The notes: generated by a model from the sequence alone, not told the origin. A DNA stretch of 64,000 nucleotides from Candidatus Nomurabacteria bacterium (GCA_963842815.1 CAWJHU010000003.1:91683-155682), one strand, 5' to 3'. Numbered from the stretch's first letter, positions 34,710 to 44,008 are shown. Numbers and translations are program-made.

Positions 34710-35305
34710 AATAATGTTCTTTTTAGTATAGCAATAAGTTTAGGATTCTCAAAAAGCTTAGCATATCTAAGTGCTTTGCTTTTATTAATTTTTTCTTTAT
34801 TAAAACGAGTTATGGGTTTTTTCCCAAAAAGAACGCGATAATAGAGGGTGTCCACAAATGCTTTTTCAGCATCCGCTATTCGAAAAGTAAAACCTTGTTG
34901 TTTTTCTATAATATATCCCGTAAATGCAGATTTTTTAATCTTGCGGTAAGAATATATCTTACCTAGTGTTTCAAATCGTTGTGTTGCTTTTATTGTTACT
35001 GATGTTATTTCATATACCGTTTCAGGAATAATTCCACGATATGATAAAGCAAATTCTCTGGAAATATAAGATGGGGCATAAAGTTTATTGGCAAGATATA
35101 ATTCAGGTGGTAGTGCATCAGGGAATAAATATAAACCACGTTTAATTCGAACGATAAAACCTTGTTTACTATAGCGATGCAATAAAAAAGTTGAAGCAAT
35201 CTTAGAAACTCCGAATAAAGTTTGTATATCACGTCCAGAAAAAAGGGCAATTTTTTTAGCCTTAATTTTAGCCATAAAATCTGTACGATTGACCAATTTA
35301 GCCAT
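34706..35305 (-). CDS. AbiEi-type antitoxin
   Basis: wHTH (RIKRGLY), PSYIS..ALS..GIIPE, AEKAFVD; ATGA-type overlap with the toxin. Confidence 0.85.
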   Translation of the reverse strand: MAKLVNRTDFMAKIKAKKIALFSGRDIQTLFGVSKIASTFLLHRYSKQGFIVRIKRGLYLFPDALPPELYLANKLYAPSYISREFALSYRGIIPETVYEITSVTIKATQRFETLGKIYSYRKIKKSAFTGYIIEKQQGFTFRIADAEKAFVDTLYYRVLFGKKPITRFNKEKINKSKALRYAKLFENPKLIAILKRTLL

Positions 35306-35374
35306 ATTGCTAATATACCAAATTCACGGGAAATAACAAGCTTTTGACTGTGAATAACTTTTTATATCTCGTGA

Positions 35375-35500
35375 TTATTTAAACTTTTTGCGAGCGGATT
35401 TTTTCGCCAGCATAAGATTCTTGATTGCTATTCGTTTTTTGGTCTTGCGGGAATGCCTTGACCTTTCCTTTGGACTAAGTGTAGTGCCTCTTTTTGCCAT
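35375..35500 (-). CDS. Unannotated 41-aa highly basic protein
   Basis: MAKRGTTLSPKERSRHSRKTKKRIAIKNLMLAKKSARKKFK; TGCTATAAT extended -10 about 30 nt upstream. Confidence 0.6.
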   Translation of the reverse strand: MAKRGTTLSPKERSRHSRKTKKRIAIKNLMLAKKSARKKFK

Positions 35501-35591
35501 ATAATTTTTCGTTATTGATAATATTAATTTGCATTATAGCATAAAAATAAAAATTCACCGAAACGAAAAATTCGCTCCGGTGAATTAAAAA

Positions 35592-35978
35592 CTAATCCTC
35601 CACAATATAAAAATGATAGCTCGGGTCAAGCCATACATTATTTATATATTTTATCGCTTGCTCAAAGGACAAATCTTTAAATAATATTTCCCAAGCGTTT
35701 TGAAGCTTGGCCATATCTTTTGAATTATGCTTGCCCTGGAGCATAACCTGTTCCCCGTTTATAAAAACACAGACCACTTTTATCCCTTCTGGCTTCCAGG
35801 ACAGTAAATTTGTGAGCTCGCATGCCTGCTCTGCATTCATGTCTCCATAAATAACGTGCCAGGCTCTATGCAATTTGGGAGGAACATAAGAAAGGTTCGA
35901 CGGGTCATTTGACCCGCCCAGTGACTGAGAACGTCTGTGGTGCTTCTCAGTTCTAGTAATTTCTTTTTCTTTTCTCAA
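35592..35978 (-). CDS. Small HNH-like protein with internal duplication
   Basis: HHRRSQSLGGSNDPSNL...HRAWH; SD AGGAGGTG before TTG start. Confidence 0.6.
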   Translation of the reverse strand: MRKEKEITRTEKHHRRSQSLGGSNDPSNLSYVPPKLHRAWHVIYGDMNAEQACELTNLLSWKPEGIKVVCVFINGEQVMLQGKHNSKDMAKLQNAWEILFKDLSFEQAIKYINNVWLDPSYHFYIVED

Positions 35979-36089
35979 AATAACACCTCCTGTTTTCCTT
36001 TACTTAACCACTAATTATCGGCAAGCGCAACTGAATAAAGTTGATATCTTGACTTGCGCAAATTTTTCCCCTAGGGTATAATATAGGCT

Positions 36090-36497
36090 ATGGAAAACAA
36101 TAATATTGAGAAAAATTCTCAACCTATTAATAAAATAGAGGAAGCAAAAAATAATGAGCGGAAACAACTGGCCGATTTTGAGGTAAATCTTTTTTTGGAT
36201 ACCTTTATGGAAAAAAATGAAAAAGCTACCAAGTCTAAGGACAAAGAAGAATTGCGAGAACTTGGCGAGACTTTAAAGGAAGAAATAAAAAATTTCATAA
36301 TCGATGCGATGCGCAGACAGGGAAAAGATTATGCGGATTTAGTTAAAGGGAAGTTCTTTGCTTGCTTGACTATTTATCGACCGATTATAGCTGACGATGA
36401 GAAAGATTCGGAGGTTAAGTTTGAGGCCAAAAAATATATTTTGGATTTGTTTCCTCCTGTTGTTCAGACGGATGAAGGTGCTAAACTTGAATATTAA
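36090..36497 (+). CDS. Hypothetical protein
   Basis: 135-aa ORF with TATAAT just upstream. Confidence 0.6.
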   Translation: MENNNIEKNSQPINKIEEAKNNERKQLADFEVNLFLDTFMEKNEKATKSKDKEELRELGETLKEEIKNFIIDAMRRQGKDYADLVKGKFFACLTIYRPIIADDEKDSEVKFEAKKYILDLFPPVVQTDEGAKLEY

Positions 36498-36517
36498 ATA
36501 GGTTTAACTAACACCAT

Positions 36518-37012
36518 TTATTTGTTACTGGTTCTTTGAAGCAGTTCTTTTTCCAGCGCAATGGCCAGGGTTGAATCCAAAACGGGTAAAACTCCCTCGC
36601 TTTTGGCATTACTTTGGGACTCATCGGTGCCGGCGGTTTCTATGATAATGCGAGCTATGCCCAGCATCTTTTCATTGAAACTTTGTTCATGATTCACGTT
36701 TTGAATTTGCTTATAGGGAATGGCAATATCCGATTTGGAAAAAATTCCTTTTTGAACGTGGAAAGAAAATTCATCCAGCATGAATTTGACGCTTTTATAT
36801 TTCAGCCAGGCAATACTGAATACGGCGCAGCAAGCCAAAATTCCGATAATGATTACGGCTGGCAAAAGTGAATCAAAACCTTGGAAGAAAGAACCTCCTA
36901 GGCCGATAATCACAAAAAGAATAATAACGGATAATAATTTGGTAGAAACAAAATACAGAAGCACTTTCCTGCCCGGCGAATAATATTTTCCATTTTCAAA
37001 AGTTTGATCCAT
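36518..37012 (-). CDS. Membrane protein with bacterial PH (bPH_2) domain
   Basis: Two TM then KGIFSK...IPYKQIQNV...LGIARIIIETAG. Confidence 0.8.
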   Translation of the reverse strand: MDQTFENGKYYSPGRKVLLYFVSTKLLSVIILFVIIGLGGSFFQGFDSLLPAVIIIGILACCAVFSIAWLKYKSVKFMLDEFSFHVQKGIFSKSDIAIPYKQIQNVNHEQSFNEKMLGIARIIIETAGTDESQSNAKSEGVLPVLDSTLAIALEKELLQRTSNK

Positions 37013-37028
37013 GGGTTTTTAATAAATT

Positions 37029-37217
37029 TTATAATTGCTTCCACCAGATGCAGGTTATATATATGCCAGAGGCGAGAGCAATGATTAGAAACGGAACTAT
37101 AAACGGGGTAAAAATTTGAGGCCAATAGGCTCCGACAACTATCCCGCCCAAAAACATAGACAGCTTGAATAAACTCCCCTGCCACCACTTAAAGGTAAAC
37201 GATTTGAATATATTCAT
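37029..37217 (-). CDS. Small two-TM membrane protein
   Basis: 62-aa hydrophobic ORF. Confidence 0.65.
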   Translation of the reverse strand: MNIFKSFTFKWWQGSLFKLSMFLGGIVVGAYWPQIFTPFIVPFLIIALASGIYITCIWWKQL

Positions 37218-37307
37218 AATGCCATTATTATAGCACTTTCAATAAAAAAGCCAGTTTTAGGTAAACTGGCAAACCATGCTTTTATTCTGAATGCTCAACG
37301 GAGGTGA

Positions 37308-37937
37308 TTAGAAAGTAAAATTAACATTTTCATTTCCATATGCCCCGCTAACGTCGCCGCCCGAACCATCCGAATTGAAGTTTATGGTTATGTGCATATT
37401 GATTGTTTCACTGTAATTGGGACCGTCCATTTTAAAACCTCCCCCTATTACAATGTCGGATGCTGTTCCAAAACTATAATCAGGTTTGAATGTGAAAGTT
37501 CCCACGATTGAGATATACGGTGCTCCATTCATTTTATACTCTTTACCATCTATATTGAATGTAAAACCGTTTATCGTTTCATCATATCCAAGGGACAGGT
37601 AACCGCCTAGAAAATTTCCATGAGCGTCAAAATTAAAGTTGGCTGTGATATCCCCGGTCACATGAATATAGCCACCGTACTTGCTGTATATATAATCATC
37701 CGTCTGCCAATAGTATTGGTCTTTCGGCTGAGCTGCCGTTATTTGCTGGCTCACTCCCCGTGGTGACTTTTTAAATGACGTGTTTTTATAAGCCATCATC
37801 GTTGCGTTGAATATGTCTTCGATAACAGCTTGCGGAGCGACCGGATAGGTGGCAGCAGGGGTAACGGAGAGGTCCTTGCAGCCGACTATCATAATTAATA
37901 CAATCGCCTCAAAAAAAACAACAAGTAAATTTTTCAT
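37308..37937 (-). CDS. Putative lipoprotein
   Basis: Lipobox-like IVGC; SD GGAGGA upstream. Confidence 0.65.
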   Translation of the reverse strand: MKNLLVVFFEAIVLIMIVGCKDLSVTPAATYPVAPQAVIEDIFNATMMAYKNTSFKKSPRGVSQQITAAQPKDQYYWQTDDYIYSKYGGYIHVTGDITANFNFDAHGNFLGGYLSLGYDETINGFTFNIDGKEYKMNGAPYISIVGTFTFKPDYSFGTASDIVIGGGFKMDGPNYSETINMHITINFNSDGSGGDVSGAYGNENVNFTF

Positions 37938-38085
37938 GGGTATTCCTCCTTGTTTGTTGTGTTGTTGTATTGTTGTTTAAAAAAGATTCACAAAAAACTG
38001 CATTTATGTAAACAGTACTATTAAAAAATTAAAAGTCAAGACTCTCAGAGATTGAGAGGCATTAAAAAAAGGTATCATTTAAGAA

Positions 38086-38643
38086 CTAACCCTGTTTTTT
38101 CAGCCAACTTATCATTTGTTTGAAAGTGCTGGGACCGGCTTGTCCATCGGCGCCCAGTCCTTGAGCTTTCTGGAAAGCGGCCACTGCTTTTTGAGTGCTT
38201 ACTCCGTAATCATTGTCAATTTTGTTCGAGGTGTTGTTATAAACATTTAAAAAATTTTGCACAATCCCCACTCTCGTGCCGCTGGATTTCAGCTTCATGG
38301 AAACATTATTATCTACCAAACCTTGTAATTCGTTTATGAGATTTTGATTTTTATAAACGGCTGGCTGCGCGGGAGTCGGGGTTGTTGTTTCCGGCTTTGC
38401 TGTGGATGCGGAATTCTGCTCCCCTGCCGTGGAATCCGCCGATTGGGACTGAAAAACATTCAGCTGGTCCGTCAAATCCGCTACCTGTTTCGTTAAATCT
38501 TCATTTTCCTTTTGAAGTTGCTGTATTTTTTGGCTTGTGGCAAATTCAGTCCCCGACTGCATAGAAGTAACAGACCAATAACCGATAAATCCCAACAATA
38601 CCAAAACAATAATTGAAAACAATATAAATTTTAATTTATCCAT
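38086..38643 (-). CDS. Membrane-anchored coiled-coil protein with peptidoglycan-binding domain
   Basis: N-terminal TM; VQNFLN...DNDYG...AVAAFQ...ADGQAGPST. Confidence 0.8.
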   Translation of the reverse strand: MDKLKFILFSIIVLVLLGFIGYWSVTSMQSGTEFATSQKIQQLQKENEDLTKQVADLTDQLNVFQSQSADSTAGEQNSASTAKPETTTPTPAQPAVYKNQNLINELQGLVDNNVSMKLKSSGTRVGIVQNFLNVYNNTSNKIDNDYGVSTQKAVAAFQKAQGLGADGQAGPSTFKQMISWLKKQG

Positions 38644-38760
38644 ATAAATTTATTATAACAAAATTATAGACAAAGTTAAATTAACCAAAAGGCATTATGG
38701 TCTATTGTTTTTTGCTCATTTTCTGTTAAGATGATAAAAGTTCTTTATTTAATTAAATAC

Positions 38761-38892
38761 ATTCCGGGGTAGTTGAAATGCGTCTAAAAAGCATTTCAAG
38801 GGCGGAGGCACGAAGGTGCCGAGCCGGGGTCGCGAGATTTTTCAGCAGAAAAATATTTGTGACCAGCGGTTACCGCTGAGCTATCCCGAATA
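38761..38892 (+). other. Structured element containing sense and antisense copies of the tRNA-Asn 5' end
   Basis: ATTCCGGGGTAG (=38896-38907), three hairpins, CAGCGGT, then TACCGCTGAGCTATCCCGAATA (near-perfect reverse complement of the tRNA 5' end). Confidence 0.8.
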
Positions 38893-38897
38893 AATAT

Positions 38898-38969
38898 TCC
38901 GGGGTAGCTCAGCGGTAGAGCGGTCGCCTGTTAAGCGATTGGTCGTAGGTTCGATCCCTACCCCCGGAG
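38898..38969 (+). tRNA. tRNA-Asn(GTT)
   Basis: Cloverleaf; acceptor TCCGGGG/CCCCGGA; anticodon loop CTGTTAA; CCA not encoded. Confidence 0.95.
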
Positions 38970-39007
38970 CGAGAAAGTTTTTACTTTTCTATGATACAAT
39001 TTCTTTC

Positions 39008-39568
39008 ATGAGTATAAGTTACGAATTAACTGTATTTACCATCTTAAGCATAGTCATTATTTCTGTATCATGGCGATCATTATTTAATATCAAAGCTCAT
39101 GGTTTTTACAGGTTTTTTGCCTGGGAAGGTATAGCGTGGCTACTAGTAAATAATTATAGATACTGGTTTATTAATTTATTTTCCTTTTTACAAATTATTT
39201 CATTTATATTATTAGTGTGTGCATTAGTTCTTGCCATGACCGGTTTCGTTCTTATAAAAATAAAAGGTAAAATTGACAAGAATCGCAATGACAATACGGC
39301 ATACTCATTTGAAAAAACCACAGAATTAATTGAGGTAGGAATTTTTAAATATATCCGACATCCTATGTATAGCTCTTTGATATTTCTCACTTGGGGAATA
39401 TATTTTAAAAATGTTGTCTCAATAAATCTTTTAATAATTTCTATTTTGTCCACTGTTTTTCTGTTTATCACAGCAAAAGTAGAGGAAAAGGAAGACTTGA
39501 AATTCTTTGGTGAAAAATACAAGGATTATATAAAGAAGACTAAAATGTTTATCCCTTACATAATATAA
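39008..39568 (+). CDS. Isoprenylcysteine carboxyl methyltransferase / PEMT-family membrane protein
   Basis: GIFKYIRHPMYSS, EEK.L..FGEKY.DY...T..FIP. Confidence 0.85.
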   Translation: MSISYELTVFTILSIVIISVSWRSLFNIKAHGFYRFFAWEGIAWLLVNNYRYWFINLFSFLQIISFILLVCALVLAMTGFVLIKIKGKIDKNRNDNTAYSFEKTTELIEVGIFKYIRHPMYSSLIFLTWGIYFKNVVSINLLIISILSTVFLFITAKVEEKEDLKFFGEKYKDYIKKTKMFIPYII

Positions 39569-39590
39569 TGTATTTTAGTATAATTTTTAT

Positions 39591-40041
39591 ATGAAAGAAA
39601 AAATCACTCTCCATGCCAAGTGGCTTATCAAGGCTCCTCTAACGGAGGTGTTTAACATAATGACTGACTTTGAAAAATGGCCTGAGTATTTTCCGAAAGT
39701 TGCGGAATCTATACAAGTCATAAGGCGCGAAGGAAATTATTTGGAAATGGATGCGACCGTCAAATCGTTCGGCCAAAAGTTTCCAGTAAAAATGAAATAC
39801 CAGATTCTCCCCGGAAAGGGGTATCATTTCGGATAATGAAAGCCCTAAATTTGGAACTTCTGGCCACGAAGAATTGTTGCTCTCTGAACGTCCAGAAGGA
39901 ACCGTGATCGATTACACTTATCAAGTTGCCATCCATAAACGCTGGCTCCGTATAGTTGCACAACCATTGATTGGTTGGTTTTCCATGAAATACTGGCAGA
40001 AAGCTGTCATAGATGAACTAAGAAAAAGGCTCGAGAGATAA
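39591..40041 (+). CDS. SRPBCC/START-like family protein, with a +1 frameshift in the G-run at 39818-39821
   Basis: IKAPLTEVFNIMTDFEKWPEYFP; removing one G gives KGIISDNESPKFG...AVIDELRKRLER, stop at 40041. Confidence 0.75.
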
Positions 40042-40062
40042 AATATTGGTTATAATTAAGTT

Positions 40063-40737
40063 ATGAAAAAATATTTAAAAATAATTATATTGGGAATAAT
40101 TGTTGTAATTGTTGTTGGTGTTTTTGCTTATTATCAAAAACCAAAACAGGAATCTATTACGGGTACTTATATTGCTCGCCTGGCAAACGATGTTTATGTT
40201 CTTACAATTCTTTCCGAACAGGGCGAATCTTTTACCGGAACGCTTGATATTAAAAATTTTGAAAAAGATAGCTCAACCGGCACTCTGGCAGGCACATATA
40301 AAAATGGAATTTTGCTGGCAGATTATACATTTCAATCGGAAGGAACCGAATCCGTTGGCTGGGTAGCATTCAAAAAAGTTGCAGACGGTTTTATCCGGGG
40401 GTTCGGTAATGTTGACCCTGGAACAAAAACTCAATCCATTGATTTAAATAAAATAACTTTTGATTCTTCTGTTGTTTATAAGCTTTCGGATACAATTGTA
40501 AATTCTGTAATTTTTGATTGCGCCGAAAATAAAAGCATCAAAGCGGTTTTTTATAAAGACAGAGTTGAGATAGATTTGAATGACGGCAGAAATATGTCCT
40601 TGCCTCAGGTTTTGTCCGGTTCCGGGGCGCGCTATGCAAATTTTAATGAATCTTTTGTATTTTGGAATAAGGGAGATACTGCCTTCGTAAACGAAGGCGA
40701 TGCGATGACATACAAAGACTGCCTGATAAAAAATTAA
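40063..40737 (+). CDS. Membrane-anchored protein with C-terminal MliC/PliC (lysozyme inhibitor-like) domain
   Basis: C...LPQVLSGSGARYA...FWNKGDTA...C. Confidence 0.8.
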   Translation: MKKYLKIIILGIIVVIVVGVFAYYQKPKQESITGTYIARLANDVYVLTILSEQGESFTGTLDIKNFEKDSSTGTLAGTYKNGILLADYTFQSEGTESVGWVAFKKVADGFIRGFGNVDPGTKTQSIDLNKITFDSSVVYKLSDTIVNSVIFDCAENKSIKAVFYKDRVEIDLNDGRNMSLPQVLSGSGARYANFNESFVFWNKGDTAFVNEGDAMTYKDCLIKN

Positions 40738-40812
40738 TTTTTAATACTCTTTTATTTATTTGAAGCAAAAATAAATTGCCTTAGTGGAAATCCTGTTATA
40801 TAATGCCAATCT

Positions 40813-41223
40813 ATGAAATCTATAAGATTTTTTGTATTTTTAATCATAATATGTGCCTCTTTATCAGTAATTCAAAAACCCGTTATGGCTGCTACTCTGC
40901 CTTTTCCCAGCGTAGAAATCCTGTTAAAAAGCATTGCCAGCGGAAAGGTTCTTTCTACAAATACGGATAACAATGGGAATTTCAACGTAGGGGTGCCGGA
41001 AGAAAGCGGGGCTTATAATCTTTATATCGGCAATGAAAGCCTTCCTCCGGTAAAAATTTCGGCAAAGAAAAATACAGTCAGCGGCCGGGTTGTGATTCTG
41101 ACCGAGGGCACTACGACAAAGGATCCGACGCCTCCGGCCCCGATAAAAAAGACTGTTCCGAAAAAGACTACTCCGGTTAAAAAATCGGTTTCTCCCGCTA
41201 TCACTAAGCCTAAACTTCCTTAA
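40813..41223 (+). CDS. Secreted hypothetical protein with Pro/Lys-rich tail
   Basis: Signal peptide; TNTDNNGNF. Confidence 0.6.
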   Translation: MKSIRFFVFLIIICASLSVIQKPVMAATLPFPSVEILLKSIASGKVLSTNTDNNGNFNVGVPEESGAYNLYIGNESLPPVKISAKKNTVSGRVVILTEGTTTKDPTPPAPIKKTVPKKTTPVKKSVSPAITKPKLP

Positions 41224-41232
41224 ATAAAATTT

Positions 41233-41817
41233 ATGAAAAAAGTAAAAAAAATATCAGAAAAATTCATATTGTTCTTAAATAAAAAATATGGCATAACGCC
41301 GGATGTTCTGGTGTACATAAAAATATTTTCAGCTCCATTGCTCGCCCTGCTCATTTCAAAAGTTATTTCCAACAGAAGTCTGTTGCTAGCCATAATTGTT
41401 CTTATCATTTATATCAAAGTTGTGGCAATAGATTTCTATGCTGAAATCTTAGCCCATATGGCAAAAGAAAAAAATAATACCGATCATTTATATGGAAGCA
41501 TTCTTGATAAAATGAGCGGAAAAATTTTACTCATTCTTGTTCTTATTCCCTTCGGCCTTAATCTTTATACTTTTCTGATTATTTTGGCGGAATCAATATG
41601 GGTTTTTCAAAACATACATTCTCCCCTCTATGAAAAACAGAGGGCAAGCCGTGCTGAAAAAATAAAAATATGGCTGCAGATAGTTTTAATACCAATTTTA
41701 ATATTGCAAAGAACAACGAGCTTCATTCCGGGAATGCTTGTTTACCTGTACATTATTACTACTATTGTTTTTACTTACATTCCGATTTACACAAATTATT
41801 TCTATTTTGAAAAATAG
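41233..41817 (+). CDS. Degenerate CDP-alcohol phosphatidyltransferase-like membrane protein
   Basis: ITPD, GSILDKMSGKIL, KIKIWLQ resemble PgsA but the DGxxAR motif is lost. Confidence 0.5.
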   Translation: MKKVKKISEKFILFLNKKYGITPDVLVYIKIFSAPLLALLISKVISNRSLLLAIIVLIIYIKVVAIDFYAEILAHMAKEKNNTDHLYGSILDKMSGKILLILVLIPFGLNLYTFLIILAESIWVFQNIHSPLYEKQRASRAEKIKIWLQIVLIPILILQRTTSFIPGMLVYLYIITTIVFTYIPIYTNYFYFEK

Positions 41818-41828
41818 AATTTAAAATT

Positions 41829-41936
41829 GTGGACATAATACAGAGAAGTTGGAACCAATTGGAAAGCTGGGTATTTGAAGCATCTGAAGTTATTAAAAGT
41901 AATTTGATACCTAAAAATAGCCTTATTTATACTTGA
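41829..41936 (+). other. Orphan reading frame: putative alternative C-terminus of the serine recombinase
   Basis: VDIIQRSWNQLESWVFEASEVIKSNLIPKNSLIYT*, starting at the att core in the same frame as VD of the recombinase. Confidence 0.7.
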
Positions 41937-42030
41937 TATTAGCTTTTGTTGATAGCACATTAAGTTAATGGAATTTAATAGTAAAAATAATAGTGATTTT
42001 AGAAGAAAAATAGTATAATAGTCTTAAATT

Positions 42031-42561
42031 ATGGAAATAAAAGAATGTAGGGATTTAGCAGAGAAGATTGTTGCTGAGTTTAACCCAGAGGGTCTTTCAC
42101 CTTTCCCATATCAGAAAATTGAAGAAAAAAATAAGGATTTAAAAATTTTCTTGTCCAACATAGAAGATAATAATATTTCAGGTGCCATAACTTACGATAA
42201 AGAGACTCCTGAGTTTGTAATTCTTATCAATAAAAATAAACCACCATCAAGACAGTATTTTACTGTTGCACACGAGTTGGGACATTATTTTCTTCACAAG
42301 GATATTCTTAGAGAAGAAGAAATTTTGGTTGACAATGACAACATACTTGAAGGTAGAACTTTGTTTAGATTAGACACTACAAAATCAACTATTATCGAAA
42401 CAGAAGCAAACAATTTTGGAGCTTCCTTAATTATGCCTGAAAACCAAGTTTATAAAGCTTGGAACGAATTAAAAAACATTGAAGAATGTGCAAAAGTATT
42501 TAATGTTTCTGTTTTAGCGATGACAATTAGATTAACTAAATTAAATTTAGTTCAAGAATAG
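42031..42561 (+). CDS. ImmA/IrrE-family metallopeptidase
   Basis: RQYFTVAHELGH, ETEANNFGASLIMP, FNVS..A...RL. Confidence 0.9.
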   Translation: MEIKECRDLAEKIVAEFNPEGLSPFPYQKIEEKNKDLKIFLSNIEDNNISGAITYDKETPEFVILINKNKPPSRQYFTVAHELGHYFLHKDILREEEILVDNDNILEGRTLFRLDTTKSTIIETEANNFGASLIMPENQVYKAWNELKNIEECAKVFNVSVLAMTIRLTKLNLVQE

Positions 42562-42565
42562 CTAT

Positions 42566-43054
42566 ATGGCACCCTTAGAAGAAAACAAAAAAGAGAAAAC
42601 TTTACACAAACCAACCAAAAGGAAATCATTTTCTTTTGATTTTGAAAATCAGAGAAAAAGAATACAAGAAATAATAGCAAAACAAAATAGCAATAATGAA
42701 CATTCAAAAATTTATCGTTATACTCCTCACAATGATTCTAGGAGTCTTGATGAACGAATTAGAGAACAGGCTAAAATTAAAAAAGAAGAGTTATTGAACG
42801 AAGAATTTGCTCAAAACATGTTATTAAAAAAAACAACTTTAAACAGATTGTTTCTTTTTCTTTCTGTAGAAACACTAGTTATCTTTATTTTAGCAATTCT
42901 TCAGGGATTTAAGTTAACAAGCGGTTTCTATTTAGAAGACTGGAGTTTTAGATTACTTGTTGCTGTAACTATTTCTCAAATAACTTATATGTTGCAATTT
43001 GCTGTTAAACATCTGTTTCCCAACAATAAAGAAGAAAAAGAAGAAATTAAGTAA
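42566..43054 (+). CDS. Hypothetical protein with two C-terminal TM helices
   Basis: 4 nt after the peptidase; charged N-terminus, hydrophobic C-terminus. Confidence 0.7.
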   Translation: MAPLEENKKEKTLHKPTKRKSFSFDFENQRKRIQEIIAKQNSNNEHSKIYRYTPHNDSRSLDERIREQAKIKKEELLNEEFAQNMLLKKTTLNRLFLFLSVETLVIFILAILQGFKLTSGFYLEDWSFRLLVAVTISQITYMLQFAVKHLFPNNKEEKEEIK

Positions 43055-43101
43055 ATTAATCAATGTCAACGATTAAACAGAAAGAAGCACTAGAAAAAAT
43101 A

Positions 43102-43163
43102 GTGGAGGATACCCCACTATATAGGTTAAACTTATACGTCTACAAACCTTATTCTAAAATTAG
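43102..43163. repeat. 62-bp direct repeat, copy 1
   Basis: 49/62 ungapped identity to 44009-44070. Confidence 0.85.
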
Positions 43164-43975
43164 GTGATTTCCTTTATAGAAACGTTGATTTCGATGTGAT
43201 GTTTAAATACCTTACTAATCTTTAGTATATATTTATGTCCACGTTGTAATTCTGATTTTTGTTGAGCATTTACGTATGCTTTTATTGTTTTACCTTCAAA
43301 ATCTCCTGAACATACTTCAAAACAAATTTCAAATTGATCTCCAACAGGTTCCCATGCATAAACACGAACTTTAATGTCATTAATATCAAGCTGGGAATAA
43401 TTTACCTCAGGACCATCATAAAGTCTCTTTATAACACGTCTTTGTTTCTTTTCTATCAATTTACGACCCCTAACATCTGTTTTTTTACCAAACTTTGATA
43501 ATTTATCAGCTACCTTGTTTCTTTTTTCTGGTACATAGTTAATTGACACACTTCCACCTACAGTTTGTTCAAGCTTTACTCTAGTTTTATCGATTTTATC
43601 TAACAGGTCCCTGTCCTTTATTGGTTTATTTTCATAATTCATCCAACCATTTCTGCGCCAATCTTTTATACGATATCGATTAGTAAATTTATTATCAGTA
43701 GCGTTAAACCTGTCGGTATACAATTCCACTCCTGAAGCTTTTTTTAGTATTAATGGATTCTTCTTTCCAAAAACAAGTAATTCTGTCATTGCCTCAATGA
43801 GACTTATTAACTCCAGTCGATTAATACCCTGTCCATCATTTCTTATAAAATGTGCTATGGGTTCTAGTTCAAAAGAATCTGGAAATTCAATAATAAAACC
43901 ATTTCCTCCGGTTTGCTTGGTATCATAGTCCATTGCCCCATCACAGTGAATTTGTATTGCGTGAGGATTATTCAT
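43160..43975 (-). CDS. RNase HI-like protein with ~100-aa C-terminal extension
   Basis: HCDGA, NRLEL, YTD, WRRNGW...PIKDRDL, NKVADKLS (four acidic catalytic positions). Confidence 0.8.
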   Translation of the reverse strand: MNNPHAIQIHCDGAMDYDTKQTGGNGFIIEFPDSFELEPIAHFIRNDGQGINRLELISLIEAMTELLVFGKKNPLILKKASGVELYTDRFNATDNKFTNRYRIKDWRRNGWMNYENKPIKDRDLLDKIDKTRVKLEQTVGGSVSINYVPEKRNKVADKLSKFGKKTDVRGRKLIEKKQRRVIKRLYDGPEVNYSQLDINDIKVRVYAWEPVGDQFEICFEVCSGDFEGKTIKAYVNAQQKSELQRGHKYILKISKVFKHHIEINVSIKEIT

Positions 43976-44008
43976 GTTTTTATTATATCAAATACATGAA
44001 CGGAGGGG

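Noticed and set aside
30325-35305. RhuM-Fic and AbiE genes as a novel system or a bounded island
   Set aside because: Well-known families; no att sites or mobility gene seen.
38761-38892. Intron-containing second tRNA-Asn
   Set aside because: No anticodon or T arm follows the resumed CAGCGGT; the sequence turns into antisense.
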